A DNA stretch of 64,000 bases, from positions 558,001-622,000 of the forward strand of contig JASVEC010000020.1 in the NCBI GenBank assembly GCA_030770535.1, in the 5' to 3' direction. The number at the start of each line of letters is the position of its first letter. Position 1 is the stretch's first letter. Made by a program: the position numbers and the translations under genes. Source of the stretch: Batkoa obscura (lineage: Eukaryota). The notes under the pieces are model-generated. The model did no database searches and was not told the DNA's origin. It saw only the letters and a list, made by a program, of their open reading frames with translations. This document shows, piece by piece, positions 52,500 through 63,750 of the stretch.

Positions 52500-54954
52500 G
52501 GGGCTGTCCTAATTGGTTTCAGAATCTACTTAGAAATTAATCCAAATTTAAAATTCCAAGTTTGTGTTCAATATAACGGTTAAATCTAAAAAGCCTAAAA
52601 TTAAATGTCTCTATTTAAAACTTATTTTAATTGTTTCCTTTTCTTAAATAGCTAATTTTCCTAACTATATATTTTATGTTAGTTCTGTTAGATATTTAAC
52701 AGATATATAATATATAACTATATGATTATATAATTACATAAATACATAATTATATAAATACAGTTATTTGACTTTATTTTTTGTTGAAATAAAAATAAAA
52801 TGCAAACTTTCATAACTAAACTTCGAAATGGAATTTTTGAAAACTTCAATACAATAGGGAGGAGTACACAATATAAACATTGTAATTCATTTACATCAAT
52901 TTTAAGAGCTACTTATAACAACCCAAGGTTCATGGAATTTTATAATAAAACAAAACAAAGAAAAGATATATTATCAAAGTTTACTATCGATAATAATAAA
53001 CTTAATCAAGTAATGTATAAAATTAGTGCTTTAAGGGAAACAGGAAACAAAAGTCAGCAAGTAGCGTTATTATCAACTATAGCTTCAGTATATTCTTTTG
53101 ATGAATGTAAGAGTTTTGGGTTTAATATAAATAGAAATCAATATGATTATTCAAAAACAAGTAATAGTAATAAAATATCAACACTAAAACCTATTATTAA
53201 AAACACAAAAAAAATTAAAGATGAGCAAATTGAAACTATCATACAATATTTACTAAATGATTCAACTATTTCATCAAGATTTAATAAAAAAAATAACGAT
53301 AGTAAATATTCATCAGATAATATATATATATTAAATAAAAGTAGAAGAATGATATATAGTAAATATTTGAATGATCTAAGAGATAAAGCAGTAGCTAGGT
53401 CAACGTTCTTTAAATATATACCAAGTAATTTCAAAAATCCAGCAAGAAAAACGGATCTATGTAATATATGTACCCAGTATACAGTTAGAAAAAAGTTATT
53501 TGAAAATAAAATAAATACAGCAAAAAACAAAGCAGAGATACAAGAAATTTTCAACGAAGAAGAAAAATTATACAAATTACATAAATTCTGTGTTGATACT
53601 CAAAAAAACACATTTAATGAAACTATTAAAAAATTAAATAACAAAAGTTGTATAATAGTTTTAGATTTTAAACAAAATATGGAAATAGGGACAAGACCAG
53701 ATTCAATAAATCTAGATCATTATAATAAACAAGCTATATCAGTATTAGGTTTTGGTGTATTATATTTAAAAGATGATAAAACAATAGGCAAAGTTTACTT
53801 TGATTACTTATCTGAAATATTGAATCATGATTCAGCATATGCAGGAGATTGTTTAATCGATTTAATCTCTACAGAGCTTCTATTTAAAAAGTTTACAAAA
53901 ATTAATATATGGGCAGATACAGGAAATCATTTTAGATCCCAAGAGTTTCTACACTATATGTTTAAAGAAATTCATAAAATAAATAGTAGTTTGAATGTTA
54001 ATCTTAATTTTTTTGCTGAGCATCATGGAAAAAGTATAGTTGATGGACATTTTGGAAACCTTTCAAAATGGAAAAGTAGTTTTGAAGCGTTAGGTAAAAT
54101 AGAAGATATCGATCAATTAATTTCAAGATTTGAGGCTTTTATTTGCGAGCATAATAAAATTAATAACTCGACTGTTAATAATGGGAAAACAGATATAATT
54201 TTTAAAAAGTATAAAAGAAACAAAAATACAAAAAGAATAATAGAGATGCAGGGCATTAAGAAGTATTTACACTTTATTAAACATAACAATAAACTACATT
54301 GTTATCCAGTATCTGATACATCAAAAAAAAGCGATATAGTCCCAATTAAAGTTATAGAGTCTATAGAAAACAGAAAAATTAAAAGATCGATCCCAGCTTA
54401 CCTTACGAAGATAACAGAGAATTTAAAAATTTCGATATTTACTAAGCAAGTAAGTAGTTTGTTGAATGATAGAAATAGGTTGTTAAATGTTAGGATTACT
54501 TAAGTTATTAATAGCTAAGTTAATAAATAGTCAAAGAACAAGTAACTGTAATAATATGTAAAAACTATTATTACTTGTACTATATAGGGATGGTTAATTA
54601 TAGTTTTGGGGCTAACCACTCCCTCCCATGCAGCTATTTATTAACTTGGCAATATATTAATAATGTAATTATAACATTAAAATAGTTTATTTATTTGATA
54701 ATAAATCTACAATGTTGGTTATAAAGCAGTTGATAGTAAATATTTCTCAATTAAGCTTTATAAGAACATGTATTTAAGATCTAGTAGAAATTCAACTAAC
54801 TTACAGTATGAGCTATAATAGAATGATTTAGAACTGTGTTTGGGTACTTTTGTTTTAATAAAAGATGTGATTTTATAGAATTTTAAGCGAAGTTTTTAAA
54901 ATACAAAATTTTTCAAAAATTGGATAAAATAATGAAACTAATTCAGACAACCCC
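52500..54954 (+). mobile_element. TIR DNA transposon, ~2455 bp, Sola-like (tentative)
   Basis: Imperfect 22-bp TIRs: GGGGCTGTCCTAATTGGTTTCA (52500-52521) and TGAAACTAATTCAGACAACCCC (54933-54954), 18/22 identical. Flanks are ATAT and AAAT. It has a single long ORF and a second partial copy at 18991-19737. Confidence 0.85.
52800..54503 (+). CDS. Putative DDD-type transposase (567 aa, intact)
   Basis: CxxC (DLCNIC) plus a downstream His, then candidate catalytic acidic motifs LDFKQN, WADTGNHFRS and FFAEHHGKSIVDGHFG. The ORF lies between TIRs. Confidence 0.82.
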   Translation: MQTFITKLRNGIFENFNTIGRSTQYKHCNSFTSILRATYNNPRFMEFYNKTKQRKDILSKFTIDNNKLNQVMYKISALRETGNKSQQVALLSTIASVYSFDECKSFGFNINRNQYDYSKTSNSNKISTLKPIIKNTKKIKDEQIETIIQYLLNDSTISSRFNKKNNDSKYSSDNIYILNKSRRMIYSKYLNDLRDKAVARSTFFKYIPSNFKNPARKTDLCNICTQYTVRKKLFENKINTAKNKAEIQEIFNEEEKLYKLHKFCVDTQKNTFNETIKKLNNKSCIIVLDFKQNMEIGTRPDSINLDHYNKQAISVLGFGVLYLKDDKTIGKVYFDYLSEILNHDSAYAGDCLIDLISTELLFKKFTKINIWADTGNHFRSQEFLHYMFKEIHKINSSLNVNLNFFAEHHGKSIVDGHFGNLSKWKSSFEALGKIEDIDQLISRFEAFICEHNKINNSTVNNGKTDIIFKKYKRNKNTKRIIEMQGIKKYLHFIKHNNKLHCYPVSDTSKKSDIVPIKVIESIENRKIKRSIPAYLTKITENLKISIFTKQVSSLLNDRNRLLNVRIT

Positions 54955-55201
54955 AAATTCTTATTTAGTGCTATTACAATGTCTATGAAATATTTTTATT
55001 TTATTATAGTGTTATAGTTCATTTTCAACAAATTAGCATTCAAATAAATGGGAAGAATCAACTTTATATTATTTTCTTGGATGATCATATTAACTTTTAT
55101 TAATAAAAGGTTACACGAGTTGAAGTAAATTACGCTTATAATTATATATTATTTATCTAATTCAAACGGTGTGGACATATGAGCCTTAAAAGATTCCGAT
55201 A

Positions 55202-56635
55202 CTAATTTGGTCTAAACTCGTCCGAAAAACAAAAAAGAGAAAGAGTAGTATATTTATATAATGTCGCCTTATTATATGTTAAGATTGTAAATGAATCAAG
55301 ATTTTTAAAATTAGCTAACATATAATCAATAGAACTAGTACAAACACGAGGGCTATAATAAATGACTTTGATTAAGTTTGACAGTGTCTTTTTTTTTCCC
55401 CTGAGATTAAAAGATACATTGTTGTATTTAAAGTCACAGTCTTCTATTTCAAGAGTATACAAATTAGGACATGAAGTACATGAAAACTTCAAAAAATCAA
55501 TTCCTAAAGTAGAATTGACAACCTTTAGCTTTAATATATGGGGATGTTTTTTTTGGCTTCATTACTTTTCCCATCTTTTAAGCGCTATTTGACTACAAAA
55601 ATTGTCAGTAAAATCCTTAAATACAAAAATACATTCTCATATTATTAATTTTTTTTGGATAGATTTCTTTAATCAAAAAAGTTAATTGAGATCTTGAGAA
55701 CTCTAAGTATGTGATTGTTGACATATTAAATATTGAATATAAATGTCGAGATAAGATATGGTTACCACTTGTAAATAAAAACTGATTTATTTTTGGGAAT
55801 ATGTCATTATTTATAGTTGCTTTGGTTAAGTCACAATAATCCAATGATAACATTTTTAAATTGGATCTTCCATTAAACACTACCATAAACCGTCCTCTAA
55901 TAGTAAGGGATTCAAGCTTCGGATAATTGCTTAAATTTATATTCACTACTTTCGAACCTTTTACCTCTATATTATTGATGACTAGATGGTTTAATTGCAA
56001 ATATTGTTTATTTGAGAAAAAATTGAGATTATCTAATTCCATAGTGAAATAGTTTAATTCAAGTCTTCTCAAATTCTCAAGTTCATATGGTAATTTGAAA
56101 TAGTACGTATGATCATCATTGGGGGTATTATTAAATATTAATGTAGTGATGGTAAATGATAAATATGGCATTATTAATGTTGCGAAATAACTATATGATC
56201 GAATAACTTTTAAGTATTGTATGTCATGGAATAACTCTTTGACACAAATTCCGTGAGTATAGATATCTTCCTCAGTTGACATACTATTGATATTATTAGT
56301 ATAATAAAGACTTATATAAGGTATGTGCTTCAGACGCGGTTTATGTTTTAAATAGTTGTATAAAGTCAAGTAAACTTTTTTACAATTCGGATACGTAGAT
56401 GAATTAATTGATATATTTGAATATAATAATTATAATTTTTAAAGCTTTTACTCATTATTTTGAAATTATAGTCCCTATATGATAGATTTATATCTTCCGA
56501 TAGTGTTGGAGTTAATAATTTGCTCCATCCTTTACAACAAATGAGTAAATTAAGCTTTTCTTTATTTGAAAGATGCAATAAAATATCTTTAATTGCTTTT
56601 CTTCCAAGATTTTCAAGTTTGAAGTTATTATTCAT
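55202..56635 (-). pseudogene. F-box/LRR protein gene disrupted by a frameshift (~56400) and a MITE insertion
   Basis: F-box-like LENLGRKAIKDILLHLSNKEKLNLLICCKGWSKLL and LRR-like repeats (NLRRLEL, YPKLESLTI, NLKMLSL, CPNLYTLEI). Removing MITE 55540-55638 plus one ATAT restores the reading frame. Confidence 0.85.
55540..55638 (-). mobile_element. ~100-bp MITE, copy 7 (inside the F-box/LRR gene)
   Basis: GGGGATGTTTTT...AAAAATACATTCTC; TSD ATAT/ATAT. In-silico excision restores the ORF. Confidence 0.92.
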
Positions 56636-58022
56636 TTTAAAAATTTTAAAAATGAAAGATGAATTTATCTCTGCTCAGTTTATATACTGCTCAGATTGCT
56701 TCACTATTCTTTTACACTGATGATTGATCTTAATTCTATAAATAGCTTAATGGCCTTAATTTAATAGCAAAACAATAGTCAAGTTCTTATATGGTTATAA
56801 TTATCTCTTTGAATATTTTTCTAAGTGTACTTTAAAAAAGTCAATAACACTTGAGGGAAGTTAATAACAATAGATTTAATGTTTAACCAATTAGGATATA
56901 AAGCATTGTAGTAAAATCTAATAATAGTTATATTATTTATTTTCATAAATAATAAAATAGCACCAAATAATGGCCAAGGTTTGAAAGTTTTATAAAAGCT
57001 AAAGTTAGGTCATCGACTACTTGAACATACTTATAAAATATTTAAGTAGTATAACCAAAAAATAAACACATTTAATTACTCTCTCATTATAATTTATAAT
57101 TTATAAAAACAGTAGCAACCAATTAAAAATTAAAGTTTGTGTTGTTCAAATTCTGCTTAATTTAAAATTTGAGAATTAGTTAAAAGTACACTGCCTAATT
57201 GAAGAAATTTTAAGTTCAAATCTATAAGCTAGATTTGTAGTTTAGTATACTTTTACAACTGATAAATCATGGAAAAAACAGGTAGCTGTAGTATCAAATA
57301 AAAACTTAATAACAGTATTATTATGGGCAAAATAATCTGCTGTTGCAAGCAATAACTTATGAAAATGCTTTGGAATTAAAATTGAGTAGTTGATAGTTTA
57401 ATAGCTACTGATCCAATTTAAATGTAGACTGGGATTTTATTATTTGTAACTACAAGATACAGAAATAGAAAAAGCTAAACTAGTTACTTTTCAAAGACGT
57501 AATATAAATGCTCAATTTATGTTTAAAAACGTCTGTATCAACTAAATAATTCAAGTAATACTTGTTATTTAGCACTTGTTGACTATAGTTTTTTTATTTT
57601 TATCAATCTTTGCATTATATAATTATAACGTAATTTAAAGGACAGCCTAAATATCATTTTACAATAATTGTAAAAAACTATTTAATCAATATTGCTAGAA
57701 GGATTACAGAAAACTTGAAAAGTAAAACATGAAAACTATTTAGAAAGAGGGTAAATGTATAGATAGTTAAAAATTATATTACTTTTAAAAATTCACTTTA
57801 TTTTACGAAAAAATGTCCAATGAGATTATTAAGGGTGATCTGTTAATTTCATGTAAATCTAAAAGCTCTAATTAAAATCTATTGAATTTACAAATGAAAT
57901 GGGATTAACATTAATTTTATGTAAAGTAGCTTGAAAAATCGGCTATTAAAATACTTAGCCATTAATGCGATTATATAAAAAGGAATCAAAAGAGAAAAAT
58001 TAATATAAAGTATTATTCAAAA

Positions 58023-59012
58023 ATGCTGTTTAAAAACGTTATTTTATATTTAAGCTTCATAATACAAGTTACAGTACAGGTTGATTTCAATATAGATAAA
58101 GAAGTAAATAGTTTAGTTAAAAAATTCAATTTGCCCACATCACCTTTATTTAAGTTTTTGTTAAAAAAGAAATTTTTAAAGAGAAAGAAAGCAGCAACTA
58201 GTAAAACAATAACTAAACTAAGAACTAGTACTGTTGAGGAAGTAAAGGAGGGCGCAGTGTTTGCATCAGTAGGACCTTGCGACTTGAATTTATTAAAAGA
58301 GTGGAAATGCAAATCATGTTTACAAGCCCCTAATAACGTCTTTGTAGATTCTTTTTATAATCATGAAACTGAAGTCTTTGCCTTACTTGTAAAAGATGAA
58401 ATTGAAACCACCTTTAGGTTGATATTCCGTGCCACTACAACTGCAATAAATGAAGAGCATAATCAAAATACTATATTAATTCCATACGACTCAAATTCAC
58501 AAGCAGTTAAAGTTCATACTGGTTACAAAACAAGTATAGATTCTGTTTCACATAAAATAGTTTCTAAATTGAAAGATTTATATAAACAAGAGCAATACAA
58601 AGGTTATAAAATGAAAATTTATGGTCATTCTTTAGGTGGCGCATTAGCTAGTTTAGCAGTATTAAAAATCCAATCTGAGTTAGAGTTGAATGAAGGTAAA
58701 TTATATCTATTTACTTATGGACAACCTAGAGTAGGAAATTATGATTTTGTACGTTTTTTCAACAGTCACAAATTTCATAGTTCAAGAGTAGTAAACTACC
58801 ATGATGAAATAACCCATTTTCCTGCTTATGTTACGGAAGACTATATACATTTTAATAATGAGATCTTTATTGATAAAGATAATAGCGTAATTCAATGTAA
58901 TTCTTCCTACTTTGAAGATTATGAGTGTTCTCAAAAAGTTCCAATAGCCGATTTATCTAAGGAATCGCATGGAACTTATTTCATTGATCTTCGTCCTAGA
59001 AGTGTTTGTTAA
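58023..59012 (+). CDS. Secreted class-3 lipase, subfamily A, 329 aa
   Basis: Signal peptide, FRAT (variant of FRGS), GHSLGG, TYGQPRVGN, DEITHFP and ESHGTY. Confidence 0.92.
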   Translation: MLFKNVILYLSFIIQVTVQVDFNIDKEVNSLVKKFNLPTSPLFKFLLKKKFLKRKKAATSKTITKLRTSTVEEVKEGAVFASVGPCDLNLLKEWKCKSCLQAPNNVFVDSFYNHETEVFALLVKDEIETTFRLIFRATTTAINEEHNQNTILIPYDSNSQAVKVHTGYKTSIDSVSHKIVSKLKDLYKQEQYKGYKMKIYGHSLGGALASLAVLKIQSELELNEGKLYLFTYGQPRVGNYDFVRFFNSHKFHSSRVVNYHDEITHFPAYVTEDYIHFNNEIFIDKDNSVIQCNSSYFEDYECSQKVPIADLSKESHGTYFIDLRPRSVC

Positions 59013-59149
59013 AATAAAGATACTTAGCATAAAAATAAAAATAAGTAGTTGTAATATTTTAAAAAAGTAAACAAGTTTAGTATCAAATTAATAAAATATC
59101 ACTAAGTTAAATCAAAAAATTATTAACGTTATTTATAATCATAATAAGC

Positions 59150-60081
59150 TCAGCATACATTAGATGTCTCGATTAAAACATTATAGTATGTTGTATGGAC
59201 ACTAGGGTATAGTTTACTATCAGGGACGCTTAGCGCACATTTAGAATCCTCTAATACAGATGAATCGCAATAATTTGCAGATGTTCCATTAGAAAAAAGT
59301 TCATTAGCATGATGCCCATAAAAAAGTACAGATGGTGGTGGTGTTCTAAGTACAAGGACATAATAGTTTGCAGACCTAGCAACTGTGATAGGTTGAAAAT
59401 CAAACCATTTAGCAAATTGTACATTTCCAGTACGTGATTGTCCATAAGTATATAATTCAAATTTATCCCATGGCAAGTTAAGTTTGTCCTTAATTTTTAA
59501 TAAAGCTAAAGGAGCTATGGCTCCACCTAATGAATGACCAACATCTTTAATTTTATAGTTAGAGTATTATTGATTCTTCAATAAATTTTTTAGCACATTC
59601 AAAAAAAGGCCATAAAGTGACTCCATATCGGTCAAAAACTCACTATGTACTAGGGCACCAGTGCTGTGTACACTATTAAAGGGTAATTTGATCAATTCAA
59701 AATCTGATACCCAATTTAGTATTTTTTGAGTACTAAGAAAAGACAAAATAATGGTCTAGTCACCGTTATTTATAGCTAAATAGCCTCTTGTCTGTAGTAA
59801 AGGATTACTGAGTGTCGTTACAAATTGCGTTCGTGGTACATTTTGACGTACTTTACAATTCAATTTTGTAAGCTAGTATCACTACATAAAATAGCTGAAG
59901 CATAATAGACATGTTTTATAGCATCTTTTATACTTGGTTTAAGAGTATTATCTGTTATTTGTTTGCTATACCATTTAGCTCCTATCGTTGTTATCGGCTT
60001 TGTTCTATTTTCTACTATTGAAACGATAGGAAAAATTATTTTATTGAGCATTAATAATAGCAAATAAACAAAGACATTCAT
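59150..60081 (-). pseudogene. Class-3 lipase pseudogene, subfamily B
   Basis: Colinear with 61431-62363. It has a TGA at 59860-59862 at a conserved Trp and further lesions. GHSLGG is retained, but the catalytic Asp motif NDPVP has become YVLVL. Confidence 0.88.
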
Positions 60082-60191
60082 AAGAATAAATGATTGAAGC
60101 TTTGATTGAATTGTCTATTGAGTTTATTTAAATTTAATATTCTATATTTTCTCTAAAAGCAGACCAAGTTTCTTAAATTTAATAACTATAT

Positions 60192-60289
60192 GGGAGTGTT
60201 TTTTTTGATCTCACTACTCTTCCATTTTTTAAGCGCTATTTAAGCGGAAATTTTTTTAGTAAAATTCTTAAACACAAAAATACATCCTC
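60192..60289 (-). mobile_element. ~100-bp MITE, copy 8
   Basis: GGGAGTGTTTTT...AAAAATACATCCTC; TSD ATAT/ATAT. Confidence 0.87.
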
Positions 60290-61430
60290 ATATCTATTCA
60301 ATGAGAAAATGCTCTCAAGAGATGAATAGTGAAGCATATTACTTGTAATGTACTTCAAATGGTCTAATCAACACTGATTGCCGCGAAAATGAAATGCTAA
60401 AATGTTATGTTTATAGACGTTTACTTTCAAATGTGTAACGTTTTTCCTAAGTTATATGAAAACGTTAATGGATATTCTCATTTCGTATTTTAAAAAATGA
60501 AAAATTCTTAGAACGAATTTAGCAAAAATAGAATATGAATATTCATTTACATTTAAATTAAGTTTGGGGAAAATATCACACATTTGAACATAATCAGATG
60601 TATCAAATTTTGTTAAATATAATCCGTTCTGATGCAAAAATAACATTCTTATTAATTTAACTAATGTTGACCAAGTTATTATTACAAAACTACAAAAAAT
60701 AAACGTTTAAGCAATTTTGATCAAAAATATAAACTTGATTTGTTTATTATTAATAGAACTTGTATTGTTTAATTATTTTTGAATATGGGTTTGTTTACAC
60801 TTAGGCTTGATTACTCTAGTTTTGGCCCTAAAAAATTTGTGAGTTGAGAAAAAATGTGAAAATAGTCCTTTTTTTATATGATAGTGAAAGTGTATGGCCT
60901 TGAGTGTTATATCAGCATAAGAAATGGTTGCTATATGTATAAAACAAATAGTCATTTTTTTGCTTTATTTTAAAATAAACACACTAGATTATTTGAGCAA
61001 AACTAAATTGAACTGATAATTATTATAAATTTAATATAGTTGCAGCTTTTCAGTGAAATTTTTAACCACTCCTTTAGGAGTAAAAAAAATCGCCAAATTT
61101 CGTCAAAGCTGTAGGTACCAAGGTTTAAAAAATCAATTAGATAAATAATTTGACTACTAATACTATCATTGATTATTTTGCAAAAGAATTAGAAGAGAGT
61201 AAAATTTTTAAACTCATCTATATATGTATTCAAAAATAGCTTGAGTGTATAAAAATTCATAAATTTTATAAACTTTCTGGTTATTTTTCTATCACTATAG
61301 TTATTATGTTTTCTATTATGGCAAATAAATTCATAGTTTTAACTTATAAGAAAAGAAATTATAGTTAAAATCAACATATTTTTATTGAATTAAAAGGGCT
61401 ATCAAGTAATAATTTATAATTGTGACAAAT

Positions 61431-62363
61431 TTAGCATGCAGTAGATGCACTAAGAGAAACATTATAATAAGTTAAATGGGCATTTACATCTAATTCGGTA
61501 TCAGGAGTGCTTAGCGCACAATTAGGATCTTCTAATACTGAAGTCCTGCAATAGCTTGCAGATAATCCATTGATAAAGAGCTCATTAAGATGATGTGAGT
61601 AATTTAGTGTTGGTCGAGGAGGTAATCTAGGTACAGGATCATTATAGTTCACAGATCTAGCAACAGTGATTGGTAAAGCATCAAACCATTCAGCAAATTG
61701 TACATTTCCAGTACGTGGTTGTCCATAAGTATATAGTTCCAATTTATCCCATGACAAGTTAAGCTTATCTTTGATTTTTATTGCAGCTAAAGAAGCCATA
61801 GCCCCACCTAATGAATGGCCAACTACTCTAATTTTGTAATTTGTATATTGCTGATTTTGTATTAAAGTTTTTAATGCGCCCAAAAAAGAGCTAGAAACTG
61901 ACTCCATAGCATCCAAAAACCCACTATGTACTAGAGGCCCAATACTATTTATACTACTAAAAGGTACCTGCACCAATTCTACATCATTTAACCAATTTTG
62001 TAAATCTTCTGTACCACGAAAAGATAATATAATGGCTTGTTCATTATTGTTAATAGCTAAGTAGGCCTTTGTTCCTAACAAAGTATTGCTAAACGTAGTT
62101 ACTAATGAAGTTCCTTGTATATTTTGGCATGGTTTACAACTCCAACTTTGTAAGCTAGCATCAGTACATAAAACGGCTGCAGCATAATTAGTATACTTCA
62201 TAACATTACTTATACTTGGTTCAATCGTATTATCGGTGATTTGGTTAGTAAGTAGATTAGTAACTCCTGTTATTATCGGGTTTGTGATACTTTGTAATGA
62301 GATGGCAGTAGAATTGATTACACTGATTAAAACCAATGATAAATAATATGTGATAGGCTGCAT
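61431..62363 (-). CDS. Secreted class-3 lipase, subfamily B, 310 aa
   Basis: Signal peptide, SFRGT, VHSGF, GHSLGG, TYGQPRTGN, NDPVPRLPP and AHLTYY. Confidence 0.93.
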   Translation of the reverse strand: MQPITYYLSLVLISVINSTAISLQSITNPIITGVTNLLTNQITDNTIEPSISNVMKYTNYAAAVLCTDASLQSWSCKPCQNIQGTSLVTTFSNTLLGTKAYLAINNNEQAIILSFRGTEDLQNWLNDVELVQVPFSSINSIGPLVHSGFLDAMESVSSSFLGALKTLIQNQQYTNYKIRVVGHSLGGAMASLAAIKIKDKLNLSWDKLELYTYGQPRTGNVQFAEWFDALPITVARSVNYNDPVPRLPPRPTLNYSHHLNELFINGLSASYCRTSVLEDPNCALSTPDTELDVNAHLTYYNVSLSASTAC

Positions 62364-63750
62364 GCGATTAAGTAACTAAATAGCTTTTTAATATATTTTT
62401 ATTTCATACGAAACTACTTTATATGTTTTTGAAATCTATATCAACTTTGGTTTTTTTGATTTAGATCTTTAATGGATAGTAAGTTTTAGGATTTAATAAA
62501 ATTTAATAACGCCCTAAATTATATTCAGGATTTCTTATTATAAACAAAGCACTTTATTTAGTTATTTAATATCAAAGCAATCAAAATCCAACCAACCAAT
62601 TTTTTAATTACATTAAGCTATGATATTTTTACACTCTAGAATTGTTGCTTTTTAACATTGAAATCAAAGTCTCCATTTACATATTAAGGGCTTTTAAATA
62701 AAACAAAATGATTATGCAATCTTTTATGTTTATTTAAAACTGTTTTTAGTTTAAAAAACTTAGATTTTATCAGCATAATCACATAAATTATGCTCTAAAC
62801 GTATTATCAATCTAACTTAATATAATTTAGAAGTTGAAGCTCTTTGCTGTGTAGATAGCAAGTTAGTCTAGTGTTTGATATGTATAATTTAACGATAAAG
62901 ATACATATACTTCAAGCATAATCGATAGTAGCAATAAGTTATAAAATAACTTTTAGGGCATCAAATTAATTGGCTAGAGTATAGTTCAAATGGTCAGGTA
63001 TTTAAGTTATTTATAAATTACTATAAAGGTTACATTACGAAAATAGATTTAGGATGACAACTCCTGATATAACAGATCATTTTATTGAAACACAAACCTC
63101 TAAATCCTTTTTTAAGATTTTAATTAGATTCTGGTAGCAAGTGTCGGATAATCTATTGAATGGGCTTTTAAAGCATTTTTTTCAGATGCTAGATCCCAAG
63201 ATATATCAATTTATATTGTATTAAACCAAACTTGTAATATAAACTAGAAGTGATTTTTTAAGCTCATAGCTTAAAAATTTAATATAAAAATTAACTATTA
63301 AAACAAAGTATGCTGTTCTAATTTTTAACGACATAATACATCCTCTTAAATGAAAATTCTGCAAGATTAGTCAAAGCAAGGAAGACTAAAAATACAGTAA
63401 CAAAATAAACAAAGAATTGAAAAGCGTTACTCTAGAATAAATCTCAGATATACATTTTTAGTTATTGTCTTTGTTTTTGCTTTAATATGAATTAGCTAGG
63501 TTATCTGCCTCGTTTTTTTAAATTACTTATCGGTACGGAAGGTTTAGTCTATTTGAATTTTTCTTATTTTAATATGTAATTTTTGTGGCTATATCACCCT
63601 TTGAGCCCCTTTAAAACCTTTGCTATATATCAAAGGTTTAAAATGGTAATAGTAAATATACGTCTATTTATAAAAGTTCTCATATAGCTAAAATTATATA
63701 TAAAGCGTTTTATGTGATAATTTTTTTAAAACTTTCATTCATTTGTTTTA

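Noticed and set aside
13606..60081. Alternative nuclear genetic code (stop reassignment) to explain the many in-frame stops
   Set aside because: Conserved housekeeping genes have no internal stops and terminate with TAA, TAG or TGA. Most of the stop-containing genes also have frameshifts or lost catalytic residues.
8830..60289. CRISPR array or ncRNA interpretation of the dispersed ~100-bp repeats
   Set aside because: The genome is eukaryotic, and the repeats are dispersed in both orientations with TIRs and TSDs and no spacer structure.
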